This document shows positions 52,650 to 64,000 of a stretch of DNA of 64,000 bases, one piece after another. The DNA is from Proteromonas lacertae (Eukaryota), in the NCBI GenBank assembly GCA_002245135.1, contig NGBS01000875.1, positions 124,001 through 188,000 on the forward strand. Reading direction: 5' to 3'. Each line of letters opens with the position of its first letter. Within the stretch, counting starts at the first letter, position 1. The notes below the pieces were generated by a model. It searched no databases. It was not told the origin of the DNA and saw only the letters and a program-made list of their open reading frames with translations. The position numbers were made by a program, and so were the translations under genes.

Positions 52650-53809
52650 ATGTCTGATTTTGAAGAAACAGAGGCTAAGAAGCGTCATCACCATCATCAC
52701 GATAAGAATAAATCAGAAGATAAGAAGCATCATCATCATCACCACCATAAAAAACACAAGTATGCTTGTATTCTATTTTATGTATAGAAAAGAAGAATCC
52801 GATGAATATGAGTATTTAATAACATTACTTATGTATGTAGAACTCCAATATCATTATTAAATTTATTGATTGAAAAGGATGAATCTGTTATTGATGATTT
52901 AAAAACAATATTTGAAACATTAGATAATGGAGATGCAATGGATATTGATGGAATAGAAGATGAAGAAATGAGACAAATATTATTAGTATAAATGCAAAAA
53001 ATGTAAACATTAATTAGACATTTTTTAAAAGTCTTCATATAGATCATGTTGGAACACTTTACGAATGGAAAGATACAGAAAATAAACTGACCAATATATT
53101 GAATGAAAAATTATTACCATATTCTAAATCAAAAATAAAATGTAAAACAAATTCATTATCATTATCGCCATCACCTCAACCAATAAAAACAATTGGACCA
53201 GAACTACCACCATCACTTATAAATAACCAACAGAATAATGATAATGAATATGAAAGTGATAGTGATGAAGATATTGGACCAGCATTACCAGGCGAAGAAA
53301 GATTACCAACCACTGAAGCAATAGAGTCACTGAAAAGTGAAATAAATGAACAAGTCAATCCAACTGTATTAATTAATTAGTTTATTATTTATATTTATAT
53401 TTAGAAATCATCTCAAGTAAAGAGAGAAGAATGGATGACTGAAATGCCAAGTGGTGAAACTAATTTTGCATCAATATTTCAAAAGAAAACTCGATTTGCA
53501 AGAAGAAATACTGATTATACAAGTGATTCAAAAGAAGAAAGAGCAAGACAAGCTAAAGAAAAAAGAGATAAAGAATATGTAAGGAATTTAGATAGAGGTC
53601 CATCTTTAGTTGAACAATTTAGAGCTGTATATATATATTTTTATAATTAATATTAATTAATAATTTAGGAGAAAAAGTCAAAGAAAATAGATGGAGCAAA
53701 AGAAGAATATCATTGGGATAGAGAAAGAGATTTTGTTAATGCAGGTAAAACAAATCTAAACAAGCTTTTGAAAGAATCAAAAGATTATCTTTCATCTAAT
53801 TTCAAATAG
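52650..53809 (+). CDS. GPALPP1: GPALPP motif-containing protein (DUF3752-like C-terminus)
   Basis: IGPELPP, IGPALPG, REEWMTEMP, RGPSLVEQ and WDRERDF across several exons; stop 53807-53809. Confidence 0.7.
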
Positions 53810-53945
53810 TTTATAATATTTGTTGTGTTATTAAAAAATCCACAATAAAACAATAAAGATTATTGTTATGATACCATAGTAAAACATTTAAAAATGAGTT
53901 ATTGAATTAGTAATAATTAGTTATTTGTGTAATATTTTAATGTGC

Positions 53946-55934
53946 TTAATAAACTCTCTTGAATGGTGCAATCTTTGGACATTCATTCTCATCAAGAGTA
54001 TAATAATGTACTGGTCTATATGTGATCTTAGTTTCTCCAGTTCCATTCAATATATCTGAATGATAAGTAATAGTATGTTTCATCCATTCTTTATCATCTC
54101 TTTCTGGGAAATCTTCTCTGGCATGAGCACCACGTGATTCTTTTCTAGCTTCAGCAGCAAACATTGTACAACAAGCTTGTTCCATCATGTTCTGTAATTC
54201 AATAGTTTCTAATAAATCAGTATTCCAGATCATTGATCTGTCTGTTACTTTAAGTTCAGGCATTAATTTCTGTACTTCTGTGATCTTTTCACATCCTTCT
54301 TTCAAGGTTGGTTCATCTCTGAATACAGCTGCATTGTTTTGCATAACCTTTTGCATCTTCAAACGTAATTCAGCAGTTGATATTGAACCATTAGAATATC
54401 TTAATCTATGAAGATTTTCAATGGTGGCTTTTCCTGCATCTTCTGGTAATGGTAATTTCTCTTCACCTGGTTTATTTATTTCAGCAATCTTATTAGCAGC
54501 GGCTCTACCAAATACAACAATATCTAATAATGAGTTAGCACCTAATCTATTACCACCATGAACAGATGCACAGGCATTTTCACCAGCAGCGTATAAACCT
54601 GGTACAATCTTATCTGGTTCTTCTTCAGTTGGATTGATTACTTGAGCAGTATAATTTGTAGCAACACCACCCATATTGTAATGTACTGTTGGTAATACTG
54701 GGATTGGCTCTTTAGTAACATCTACATCACAGAAAATCTTGGCAGTTTCTGAAATACCTGGTAATCTTTCAGCTAATAAATCAGCAGGTAAATGGTCTAA
54801 ATGTAAATAAATATGATCCTTATCTTTACCAACACCTCTTCCAGCTCTGATTTCCATTGTTTCAGCTCTTGATACTACATCTCTTGAAGCTAAATCTTTA
54901 GCAGTTGGAGCATATCTTTCCATAAATCTTTCACCTTCACTGTTCTTTAAAATACCTCCTTCACCTCTGCAACCTTCAGTCATTAAACATCCTACACCAT
55001 AAATACCAGTTGGATGGAATTGTACAAATTCTGGATCTTCTAATGGAATACCAGCTCTTAATGCCATACCATTACCATCACCAGTACATGTATGTGCAGA
55101 AGTTGCACTGAAATAACATCTACCATAACCACCTGTTGCTAATATTGTATTCTTACAGTGGAATCTATGTAATGTTCCATCTTCTTGACACATTGCCATT
55201 ACTCCTACACATGTATCTCCATTCATTATTAAATCCAAAGCGAAGTATTCAATGAAGTATGTGGTATTGTAAGCTAATGATCTACCATATAATGTATGTA
55301 ACATGGCATGACCTGTTCTATCAGCTGCTGCTGCTGTACGGTAGGCTTGACCTCCATGACCAAAATCTTTGGATTGACCTCCAAAAGCTCTTTGGTATAT
55401 TTTTCCATCTTCTGTTCTTGAGAATGGTAAACCGTAACTTTCTAATTCTCTTACAGCTCTTGGGGCTTCTCTTGTCATGTAATGAATAGCATCTTGATCA
55501 CCTAACCAATCTGAACCTTTAACAGTATCATAAAAATGCCATTTCCAATCATCTGGATGCATATTACCTAAAGCAGCATTAACACCACCTTGAGCAGCAA
55601 CTGTGTGAGATCTGGTTGGGAATAATTTGGTAATACAAGCGGTCTTAAATCCGTGTTCTGATAAACCCATAGCTGCACGTAAACCGGCACCTCCAGCACC
55701 TACAACTACAGCATCATACTCATGATCAACTATTTAATTGATATTAATTATTGAAAAATACTAATGGGATATTCTTTGTTTAAATCGACAGATACATGAC
55801 CATCGGGATTACCACCAACAATTGCTCTGGCAATTGTTGAACTGTGGAATGAACGAGCAGCCTAAATGCATTAAAAAAATTACTCATACAAGATTAGTTG
55901 ATTTTTTTAATATATTTCTTGAAAAGTTTAACAT
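53946..55934 (-). CDS. SDHA: Succinate dehydrogenase flavoprotein subunit, mitochondrial
   Basis: Basic presequence [53 protein letters not shown]; two short introns. Confidence 0.97.
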
Positions 55935-56852
55935 TTCTTCCTAAGCCTATAATAAATAAAGATATATTCATTCAGATAGATATATAACAAGATTTTATAA
56001 TTGATGAATGTATTTATTATAGAAGATATTAATACCTTAAGTCGATGTTGCAAGATAATATGCTATTCGAAGCTTAATAAAAAATGGATGTAAACCCCAA
56101 TCTTCAAATTTATAATAAATAATACTTTTCCTATTTGCAAAATAGATTTGAAATTTGGCTGTTACATGTCATTTTATTTTGATTGGGGATTTTCGGTGTG
56201 TCGGTTTTAGATATCGGTTTGGTCGATTCAAGCTCGATATAACAGAATCATTTTGTCAATCAGATTCAAAGAGTTGTTTCATGATATTTTTAATATTAGC
56301 TATTTGATATGTTCTTCTTCAAGTGAAAGTAAATTTTATCGGTATTAAGTGAATTAAAAAATTAGAGTGGAATATGCTATGATATGAATATATAAATGTT
56401 TATATTAGTATGATATAGACTAGTTCTATTGAATAACAAATTTTATTTGTTGTATCCTGTGACAATTTATAGAATATACATATACAAGTATTATGATATG
56501 ATAAATAATATACTGGAATCATAGTAAGGTTGATAAATAGTTTTGTGCAATAGTAATATAAGTAATTCTTTAAACTGGTACATTACAGAGATTGATAATT
56601 GAATGATGTTGGAATATGATTTAGTTACAATTGTGACATAGATTAGCATATTTCATTTTCCTTTTATAACTGAAGTGCACATCAACATTTAATATAATAT
56701 TGTTGTGTGCAAATAGAATGTGTTGGCTTGAATTTATTGGAATTGTAATTATATTGAGTTGAATGGATGGTGTATAATATGTTAAGTGAAATTTTTGAAT
56801 ATCTTTTTCGAACTTAGGCTTGATACATAAATTTTTGATAATTTTAATTTTA

Positions 56853-57474
56853 ATGAAGTATATCTTGTTTTATTTTTGTGTTGTATAGTCAACCCAATAA
56901 AAGAACTGCTCATCCATCTCCTGCTCATTTTTCTCCTTCATTCTACCCTTCCATCACAGATCCTATAAAGAAACACGATCATGAGATAAGTCCTGCAAGT
57001 CAGTATTTATCAAGCTGTCCTATTGAAGCAAATCTAGCCATGAGTGGTTCAAACAACACATCATCACCATTACCTCCAGCAAACTCATATCAGCGAGGTT
57101 TTCTAGGAGCATTTTCATCTAATAATGAAACTATTGAAGATTCTCATTATTTAAACGTTGATCCTAATCAAATGGAGATGGAGCCAATGTCAGAGATGTT
57201 ACAAGATATACCAGAAACAGATGACAATAATTTAAATGATAATGATGTTAGTAATCAATATTCTACCTATGTGAATAGAAATGAAGAATCACCTCATCAA
57301 TTCATGCCATTTGATATATCAACATCAAATGAAATGTTTAATAGTCCAACTTTACAACCTTCATTCCTTGATCAATCACTTCAGTCACCTACTCTTCAAT
57401 CAAATAACAGTAATAATCAGTTCTTTAGTCTTGATAAACAAGAAAAATTAAATATATTATCACCTCCACAACCT

Positions 57475-57505
<31 letters not shown>

Positions 57506-59451
57506 TATATCAATCTCAACAATTACCCTATCAAACTTCCAAAGTTCCAATCTCTCAATTATACCATCCTCAACCACCCCAAGCACAATATAAGCAAATA
57601 TTACCAATTCCATCATCCCAACTACCTCAACCTGATCCATATCTTGATATAAATAATAATAATAATAATTACTTTCAGCAACCATTACCTAATATCATCC
57701 AACAACCTCAAGATAATGGAGTAGGAGTAACAACAACAACAACAAGCAACATCTCAATTAGAAGAAGATGAGAGTAGTAAAATAACTCGTCAAGTTAAAA
57801 TACCAAAGAAATCTGAACGTAAGAAAGGAAGACCATCCAAACAGATGAATAAAATGTTTAGTAAAATAGGTACAGATATGAATGATATTAGAGATTCATT
57901 AAATTCAGATAATGATGTGAAAAGGAAGAGAAGTAATGAAGACAATGATGAAAATAATGAAGGTAATGATCAAGATTATGAAACAACAGAAGAAGATGAA
58001 GCTTTAATAAAAGCAGTAAAGAGATTTGGTGAAGATTGGAATTCAGTTGGTAAATTCTTAGGTATAGAACCAAATAAATGTTACCAATTATGGATCGCTA
58101 TGCCAAACAATAGAAAAGGACAATGGAGTGCAGAAGAAGATGAAATATTAAGAAGAGAAGTGGTAAAGTGCTCTGATTATAAATCAATCAAATGGAGTGA
58201 TGTAGCTGCAAAATTACCTGGAAGAGTTGGTAAACAATGTAGAGAAAGATATTTGAATTATTTAGATCCATTATTACGTAAAGGTGATTGGAGTGAATTA
58301 GAAGATCATATATTATTTGAATTGCAAAGAGCAATTGGTAATAAATGGACTTTAATAGGTAAAGCAATTCAAAGATCAGATAATGATGTGAAAAATCATT
58401 TTTATAGTCGATTTAGAGATAAATATTTTAAAGAACATCCTACTGCTTTAATCCCAATAGAAAAACTGAATGAAATGACTTTTGTTGACTCTAGTAAATT
58501 AGCTCATTTAGCTGCTTCTTCATCATCAGCAACAACATCAGTTTCAAATCCAAATTTCTCAATCCATAGAAAGCAGAGACATCGTATTGTAGAAGGTTCA
58601 AAAATGCCGCCATTAAGTATATTATTATATTATTTAGCATTACCACCTGGCTATCCTTATTATCCATCGGATTATAAAGATTATATAAGACAGTATGCAT
58701 CTACTTTACCTCCTCCAAATTATACATATGAAGGTCAACCAAAATCAGTTATATTAAAAGTCCCAGGTAGAAAGAATAGTAATGCCAGTAATGCTAATAA
58801 GTCATTTAAATCAGGTAAGATTCATAAGAAAAGAATGGTTATAAAACGAATATCTAAAACAACACCTACTACTTCACCAAATGCTTCTAATATGAATAAT
58901 AATAATAATTCAATTCAATTTTCTAATAATAACAATAAGAGAAGTTACAGTTGTTTGAATGAAGCAGATGATGCTTATTCAACAAATTCATCTCAATCTT
59001 CACCCAATTTCTATACAATTGAAGGTAAAAGACAGATGGAATATTCTCCTACTGGTTCTACTTATATTCCAACATTTTGTACTAAGAAAGTATTAATAAA
59101 TCCACAACAACAGCCATATTCAGCTGAAATATCATTACCACAACAACAGCAACAGTCCTATTCTCCAAATATGTCATTACCTTTGCAATCACAACAACAA
59201 CAATATCAACCAACATATTCTGCACAAATTTCACTACAACAACAGAACTTACAATTACAACAACAAAGAGTACAATTTCAACAAATGCAACAGCGAATGC
59301 CAAAAAGTCAAGCAGAAATTGCTGCATTTCAAGAACAAGCAAGACAAAGTTATTATAGACAGCAGAAACAGAAACAATTGGAAGAACAACAGAAGCAATT
59401 CATTCAACCACAATTTATCACTAATAATAATCAATCAAATCCATTTAATCC

Positions 59452-59482
<31 letters not shown>

Positions 59483-59890
59483 ACACAACAACAACCTAAT
59501 ATCAATTATGGATTAAACATTTCACTTTCAAATAATAATAATAATAATCAACAACAACAACCAAATGAACCTCCACCATATAAATATGATCCAACTAAAG
59601 TAAGTATATCACCATTAACAAATGTAAATAAACTACCATCTCAATATTCTGATATTCTTTCTATTAATGTCCCACCTCCTGAACCATTACCTTCATTGCC
59701 ATCTAATGGTAATAATGAAACTGATTTTAGTGGTTTATTGAATAATATAGAGTTGGATAATGATGATATTCACTCTAATGATAGTAATGATAATTTAAAT
59801 AGTGGAGATAATAATGATTTGAGTTTGCCATTTTTAGAATCTGAAAATGATAATTCTTTGAATATCGATTTTGATTATTATTATAGTTAG
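56853..59890 (+). CDS. MYB transcription factor with three repeats and Q/N-rich regions; one +1 frame break
   Basis: ATG 56853, intron 56858-56888. Repeats TTEEDEAL..W, KGQWSAEED...GRVGKQCRERYLNYLDP, KGDWSELED...GNKW...RSDNDVKNHF; AT-hook-like KGRPSK. Frame break near 57730. Confidence 0.85.
59453..59493 (+). repeat. (CAA)n polyglutamine tract (another at 57475-57503)
   Basis: Direct CAA trinucleotide runs within the MYB CDS. Confidence 0.85.
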
Positions 59891-59918
59891 ATTTAAAATA
59901 AATTAATTTAGTAAAATA

Positions 59919-59926
59919 TGTTTGTT
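59919..59926 (+). terminator. TGTTTGTT 3'-end processing element (also 2544-2551 +, 26978-26985 -, 47579-47586 -)
   Basis: Exact TGTTTGTT 11-65 nt downstream of stop codons, always on the coding strand; matches the Blastocystis polyadenylation element. Confidence 0.6.
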
Positions 59927-60037
59927 TGATATAGTTCTATATCATAATAATAAAATGGAGAATAATGTTTGCAATATTTAATATACATTAATAATATAAA
60001 AAGAATTTAGAAAAAATTACATTTTTATATTTATTAT

Positions 60038-62574
60038 CTATTCTTCTTCATATTCAGCTGTTTCTAACCATTCAAAAAAGTCACTACAATCATCCAATAC
60101 TTTATTCTTCTCTTCAATTGTAGTTTTATTCTTCCATTCCTTAAATGATTCTTCACTTATTACATATTTATCATATAAATTCATAAACAAAGATTCACAC
60201 CATTCCTATTAATAAATATAAATATATATATATATATACAGTTGGATGATTTAATAAAGATGAGTATTTACAAACTAAATCAATACATTTCAACTGTATT
60301 TCCTTTATATCTGATTTATTTTCTTTATTAACATTTCCTATTAGTCTCTTTAATACATTTCCATATTTATTATCATCATCTAATAATGGGAATAGATAAA
60401 CACCTTCATAATCTTTACATAATATTTGTTTATCTTCTTCATTACTTATATTAATTAAATGACTTAGGAATATTTCAAATATTACAATTGCATTATCTAC
60501 ATAACCATCATTTATTAATTTTGCAGTTAATTCTTCACCTTTTAGTCCATTAAAGTATTTATTAATACCATAATATTTATCTATTTCTTCAGTAGTTTTA
60601 GATATTGGTTCATATTCTATTAATTCATTCTTTGCCAAGTATTTATATAAATCTGTATAATACTCTTCAATTTTGGGTATATCACACTTTAAATCTTCTT
60701 TATTATTATTGATTATACTTAATCCACAGAATATATCACATTTTCCAATTAATTTTTCTTTATATAATCGATTGATTAATTCATATATTAATTTATGATC
60801 TTCTGGTTTATTATAATCACATAAATCCATTATTATTTCTTTTATCAATTCAATTCTTTCAATTTCTTTCAATTGTAATTCTTTAATATCTTCTATTGTA
60901 TCATCATTTTTTCTATTTGTTATTAATTCACTGATTGAAGTGTTTATTCTCCTTTTTCTACTTTCATCAAAATTATTCAAATCATTATAATAGAATAACT
61001 TTGGCAAATCTTTTAATGGCTTTGCTAAGAAAGCGGATTCTTGATTTAAATTCCTCAGTCTTGCTTGTTCTTTTAATTCTTCTACTGATGGCATATCCTT
61101 TTCTTTTGACTTTACTGGTGTTGTTGTTGTTGTAGCTATAACAGGTTTAGTTGTCTTTGTGGTAGCAGATTGTTTCTTACTGGATGGTTCTAAAAATATT
61201 GATGGAACATTTTCATTCTTCTGTCTTGCTTGTTCTTTTAATTCTTCTAATGATGGCATCTCCTTTTCTTTTGGCTTTTCTACTTCTTTCTCTGTTGTTG
61301 TTGTTGTTGTTGTTGTAGGTTTTTCAACTTCCTTTATTTCAACTGGTTTTTCTTCTTGTTTCTCTACTGGTTTTTCAATTTCTTTTTTATCAATTGTTTC
61401 ATTATCTTTTCTCCAATTTCCTTTTATTCCATCTCTTGTTAATAATCCTCTTCTTTCATCTCTTCTGAATTCATTTCTATCATCTCTTCTTCTATCATCA
61501 TCTCTTCTAAATTCTCTTCGATCATCATTTCTAAATTCATTTCTTCTTGGCTTACCATTAACACCAACACTTGTCCATCTATCATTACTATTATCTGTAT
61601 CTTTATCTCTATTATTGTAATCTTCCATTTTAGGCTGTGGAAGACCTCTTGTATTCCAATCTAAATCTCTTCTCTCAGAATGTAATGGATTTTGAATGAT
61701 GGAATGGCTTATCATCGGATGGTAATGGATTATCTATTGATGATGATGAGGAAGGTGGTGGTGGAGGAGGTTGAGATTCCTTCCTTGACCAATCCATATC
61801 TGATACAGATGAATTATGACTCATAGCTCTTGATGTATTAGAATGTGTTGATGGATATGATTCTGAATGAGATGATGGTAATGCTTGTGGTTGAGGCTGA
61901 GCCTTTCCTCCTAAACTCCATTCATAATCTGTTAATGATTTTTGAGATGTTGCTTCTCTTGATTCTCTTGGTACTGATGAATGTGCTTGTGGTTGTGGCT
62001 GGGATTTACCTCCTAAACTCCATTCAAAATCTGTTAATGACTTTTGAGATGTTGCTTCTTTTGGTTCTCTTTGAGGTAATACACTTGGTTGAGGCTGTGC
62101 TTTACCTCCTAAACTCCAGTCAAAATCATTTAATGACTTTTGAGGGGTATTATCCTTAGAATCTCTTTGTGGTAATGAGCCATTACGCTGAGGTTGAGCT
62201 TGTGGTTGTGGCTGAGTTTTTCCTCCTAAATTCCATTCAAAATCTCCTAAACTCTTTTGTGGTTGACTACTTCTTTGTGGAGCTTCACCTACACCCGTAC
62301 TTACTCTCCCTTGAGCTGCTGGTTGGGCATTAGAACCTCTCGTCCAACTATATTCAGCTGGTCCTCCTTCTCTACTTGATGATGCACTAGAATCACCTCT
62401 TGAAGGGTATTGATTTGCATATCCTCCTCTGCCTACACTTCTATTATAGCCTCCTCGACTTCCTTCACCTCCAACTCCATAACGAGGAGCAGTTGGTAAT
62501 ACTTCTGTTGTAGAAGCAAATAATTGGGATGTGATATCCTTTCCCTTTGATTTGCCTTTCTTCGTTGTTGACAT
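60038..62574 (-). CDS. Translation-factor-like protein: eIF4B-like N-terminus, Trp repeats, MA3 and W2 domains; one +1 frame break
   Basis: KKGKSKGKDI...LPTAPR; MA3-like TIEDIKEL...LYKEKLI...EDLKCDIPKIEEY. After the last intron comes a W2-like LFMNLYDKYVISEESFKEWK...FFEWLETAEYEEE. Frame break near 61700. Confidence 0.7.
61883..62259 (-). repeat. Four imperfect coding repeats QKSLxD[FY][ED]WxLGGKxQPQP
   Basis: Repeated cctcctaaactcca/cctcctaaattcca cores at about 61907, 62009, 62105 and 62222. Confidence 0.9.
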
Positions 62575-62650
62575 GCTTGATTATTATTGTGAATATGAGC
62601 AAAACAAAATGCAAAATTAACACAATAATGTAACGACTCTATTTTTAAGA

Positions 62651-64000
62651 ATGACATTGTTTATAAAAATAGCAAGAATAACAAATTTTCAAGTTAAGAG
62701 AAGTATAATTATGAGTTTATATTGTTTAATAACTAGATTTATTCATTTATATCTCCAAAAGATGCATTGTTACAGATGAGGTAAAGTCAAGATATAATGA
62801 TATAATGTCCAGCAAATATGTTGATAAGTATTAATTTAATATACAATCATATTTTCATTGATTATAGATATCCATATTTTACTTGTGAAGCAAACATACA
62901 GAGCATCTCATCACAACATAAAAATATTTCCAAAAGTCAATTGCTTAAAGATACAATAGTAAAAGTAGCAGGAAGGATAACATCAAAAAGACAATCAGGA
63001 AAGAAACTAGTATTCTATACAATAGAAGATTCAACAGGAATAATACAAGTAGTATGTAACCGTCGTGAAGTACCGTATAAATATAATTAAATATATATAT
63101 ATATATAACAAATAGAGAAGAAAAAAGAGAAAATTTCAAAGAAACTCACAATTTAATAAGAAGAGGTGATTTTATTGGTATAAATGGATATATAGGAAAA
63201 ACTCCAACTGGCGAATTATCTGTATTTGATCCATTGCCTCAATTAATATCACCTTGTTTAAATAATCTACCAGAAAAGATAGAAGATCCAATACTAAAAT
63301 ATCAAAAGAGATACTTAGAATTTTTAACAAATAAAAAATCAAGAGATGTTTTAATCACAAGAAGTAAAATATTATCCATAATTCGTGATGAATTAATTAA
63401 TAATAGAAATTATATAGAAGTAAATACACCAATATTATGTCCAAATGCTTCTGGTGCATTTGCTAGACCATTTGTAACACATTACAGTTCAGATGATAAT
63501 AAAGAATTTACACTAAGAATAGCTCCAGAAATATATCTAAAAGAATTATTAGTTGGTGGTTTTAATAAAGTATTTGAAATAGGACAAGTGTTTAGAAATG
63601 AAAACGTTTCATTTAAACACCAACCAGAATTTACATCAATTGAAGGTTATTCAATCTGTGAAGATAGAAATTGTGTAATGAAAATGATTGAAAGTTTGCT
63701 TAAGAGATTAGTTAAAGAAATAATAAGCTCAAATGAATTACCATTAGTTGATAGAAATGGTGAAATCTATAAAACAATTGATATATCAAAGAGTTTTAAT
63801 GTTGTGTCTATTCCTGAAGTTATAAAAGAATTACATCCAAATATTATTGATATTATTGATAGTATAAATATATATTATTATTATTATTATTATTTTATTA
63901 GAAGATGATATTAAAGAATTAAAATCAATTGCCGAAAAGAATAAAATTCATTTAAATCCTCCATATACTACAATCAGAATAGTTGATGATATTGTTTCTA
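62651..64000 (+). CDS. KARS: Class II lysyl-tRNA synthetase, probably mitochondrial (3'-partial)
   Basis: Arg/Lys-rich presequence-like start; VAGRI..KR.SGKKLVFY (OB fold), IEVNTP, GAFARPFVTH, LRIAPEIYLKELLVGG, FRNE...HQPEFTSIE. Confidence 0.9.

Overview
Gene-dense, very AT-rich eukaryotic (protist) DNA, not prokaryotic. About 28 intron-containing protein genes are separated by spacers that are often under 200 nt. Nearly all introns are tiny GT-AG introns of about 24-50 nt, which is why the ORF track is fragmented. The tiny introns, TGTTTGTT-like elements after stop codons and a putative-Ig domain protein point, by inference, to a Blastocystis/Opalinata-like stramenopile, yet the window also encodes the axonemal protein CFAP52. 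Housekeeping genes include RAD51D-like, a giant HECT E3, PRP16, YKT6, GT31, DGAT2-family, DPY30, TPI, eIF4E, UAP1, DusA, EAPP, SDHA, a MYB factor and LysRS. Main points of interest: (1) three dispersed copies of a (pseudo)kinase + RI/NLR-type LRR gene family with modular phase-1 LRR exons; (2) an eIF4B-like/eIF4G-C-terminal hybrid lacking MIF4G; (3) an FMRP-like KH-KH-KH-RGG protein; (4) a recurrent TCAAGC upstream motif and extremely short bidirectional promoters; (5) several +1 frame breaks, probably assembly errors. No rRNA, tRNA, CRISPR or transposon was recognised. Exon boundaries were derived by hand, and family calls come from recognised motifs rather than database searches.
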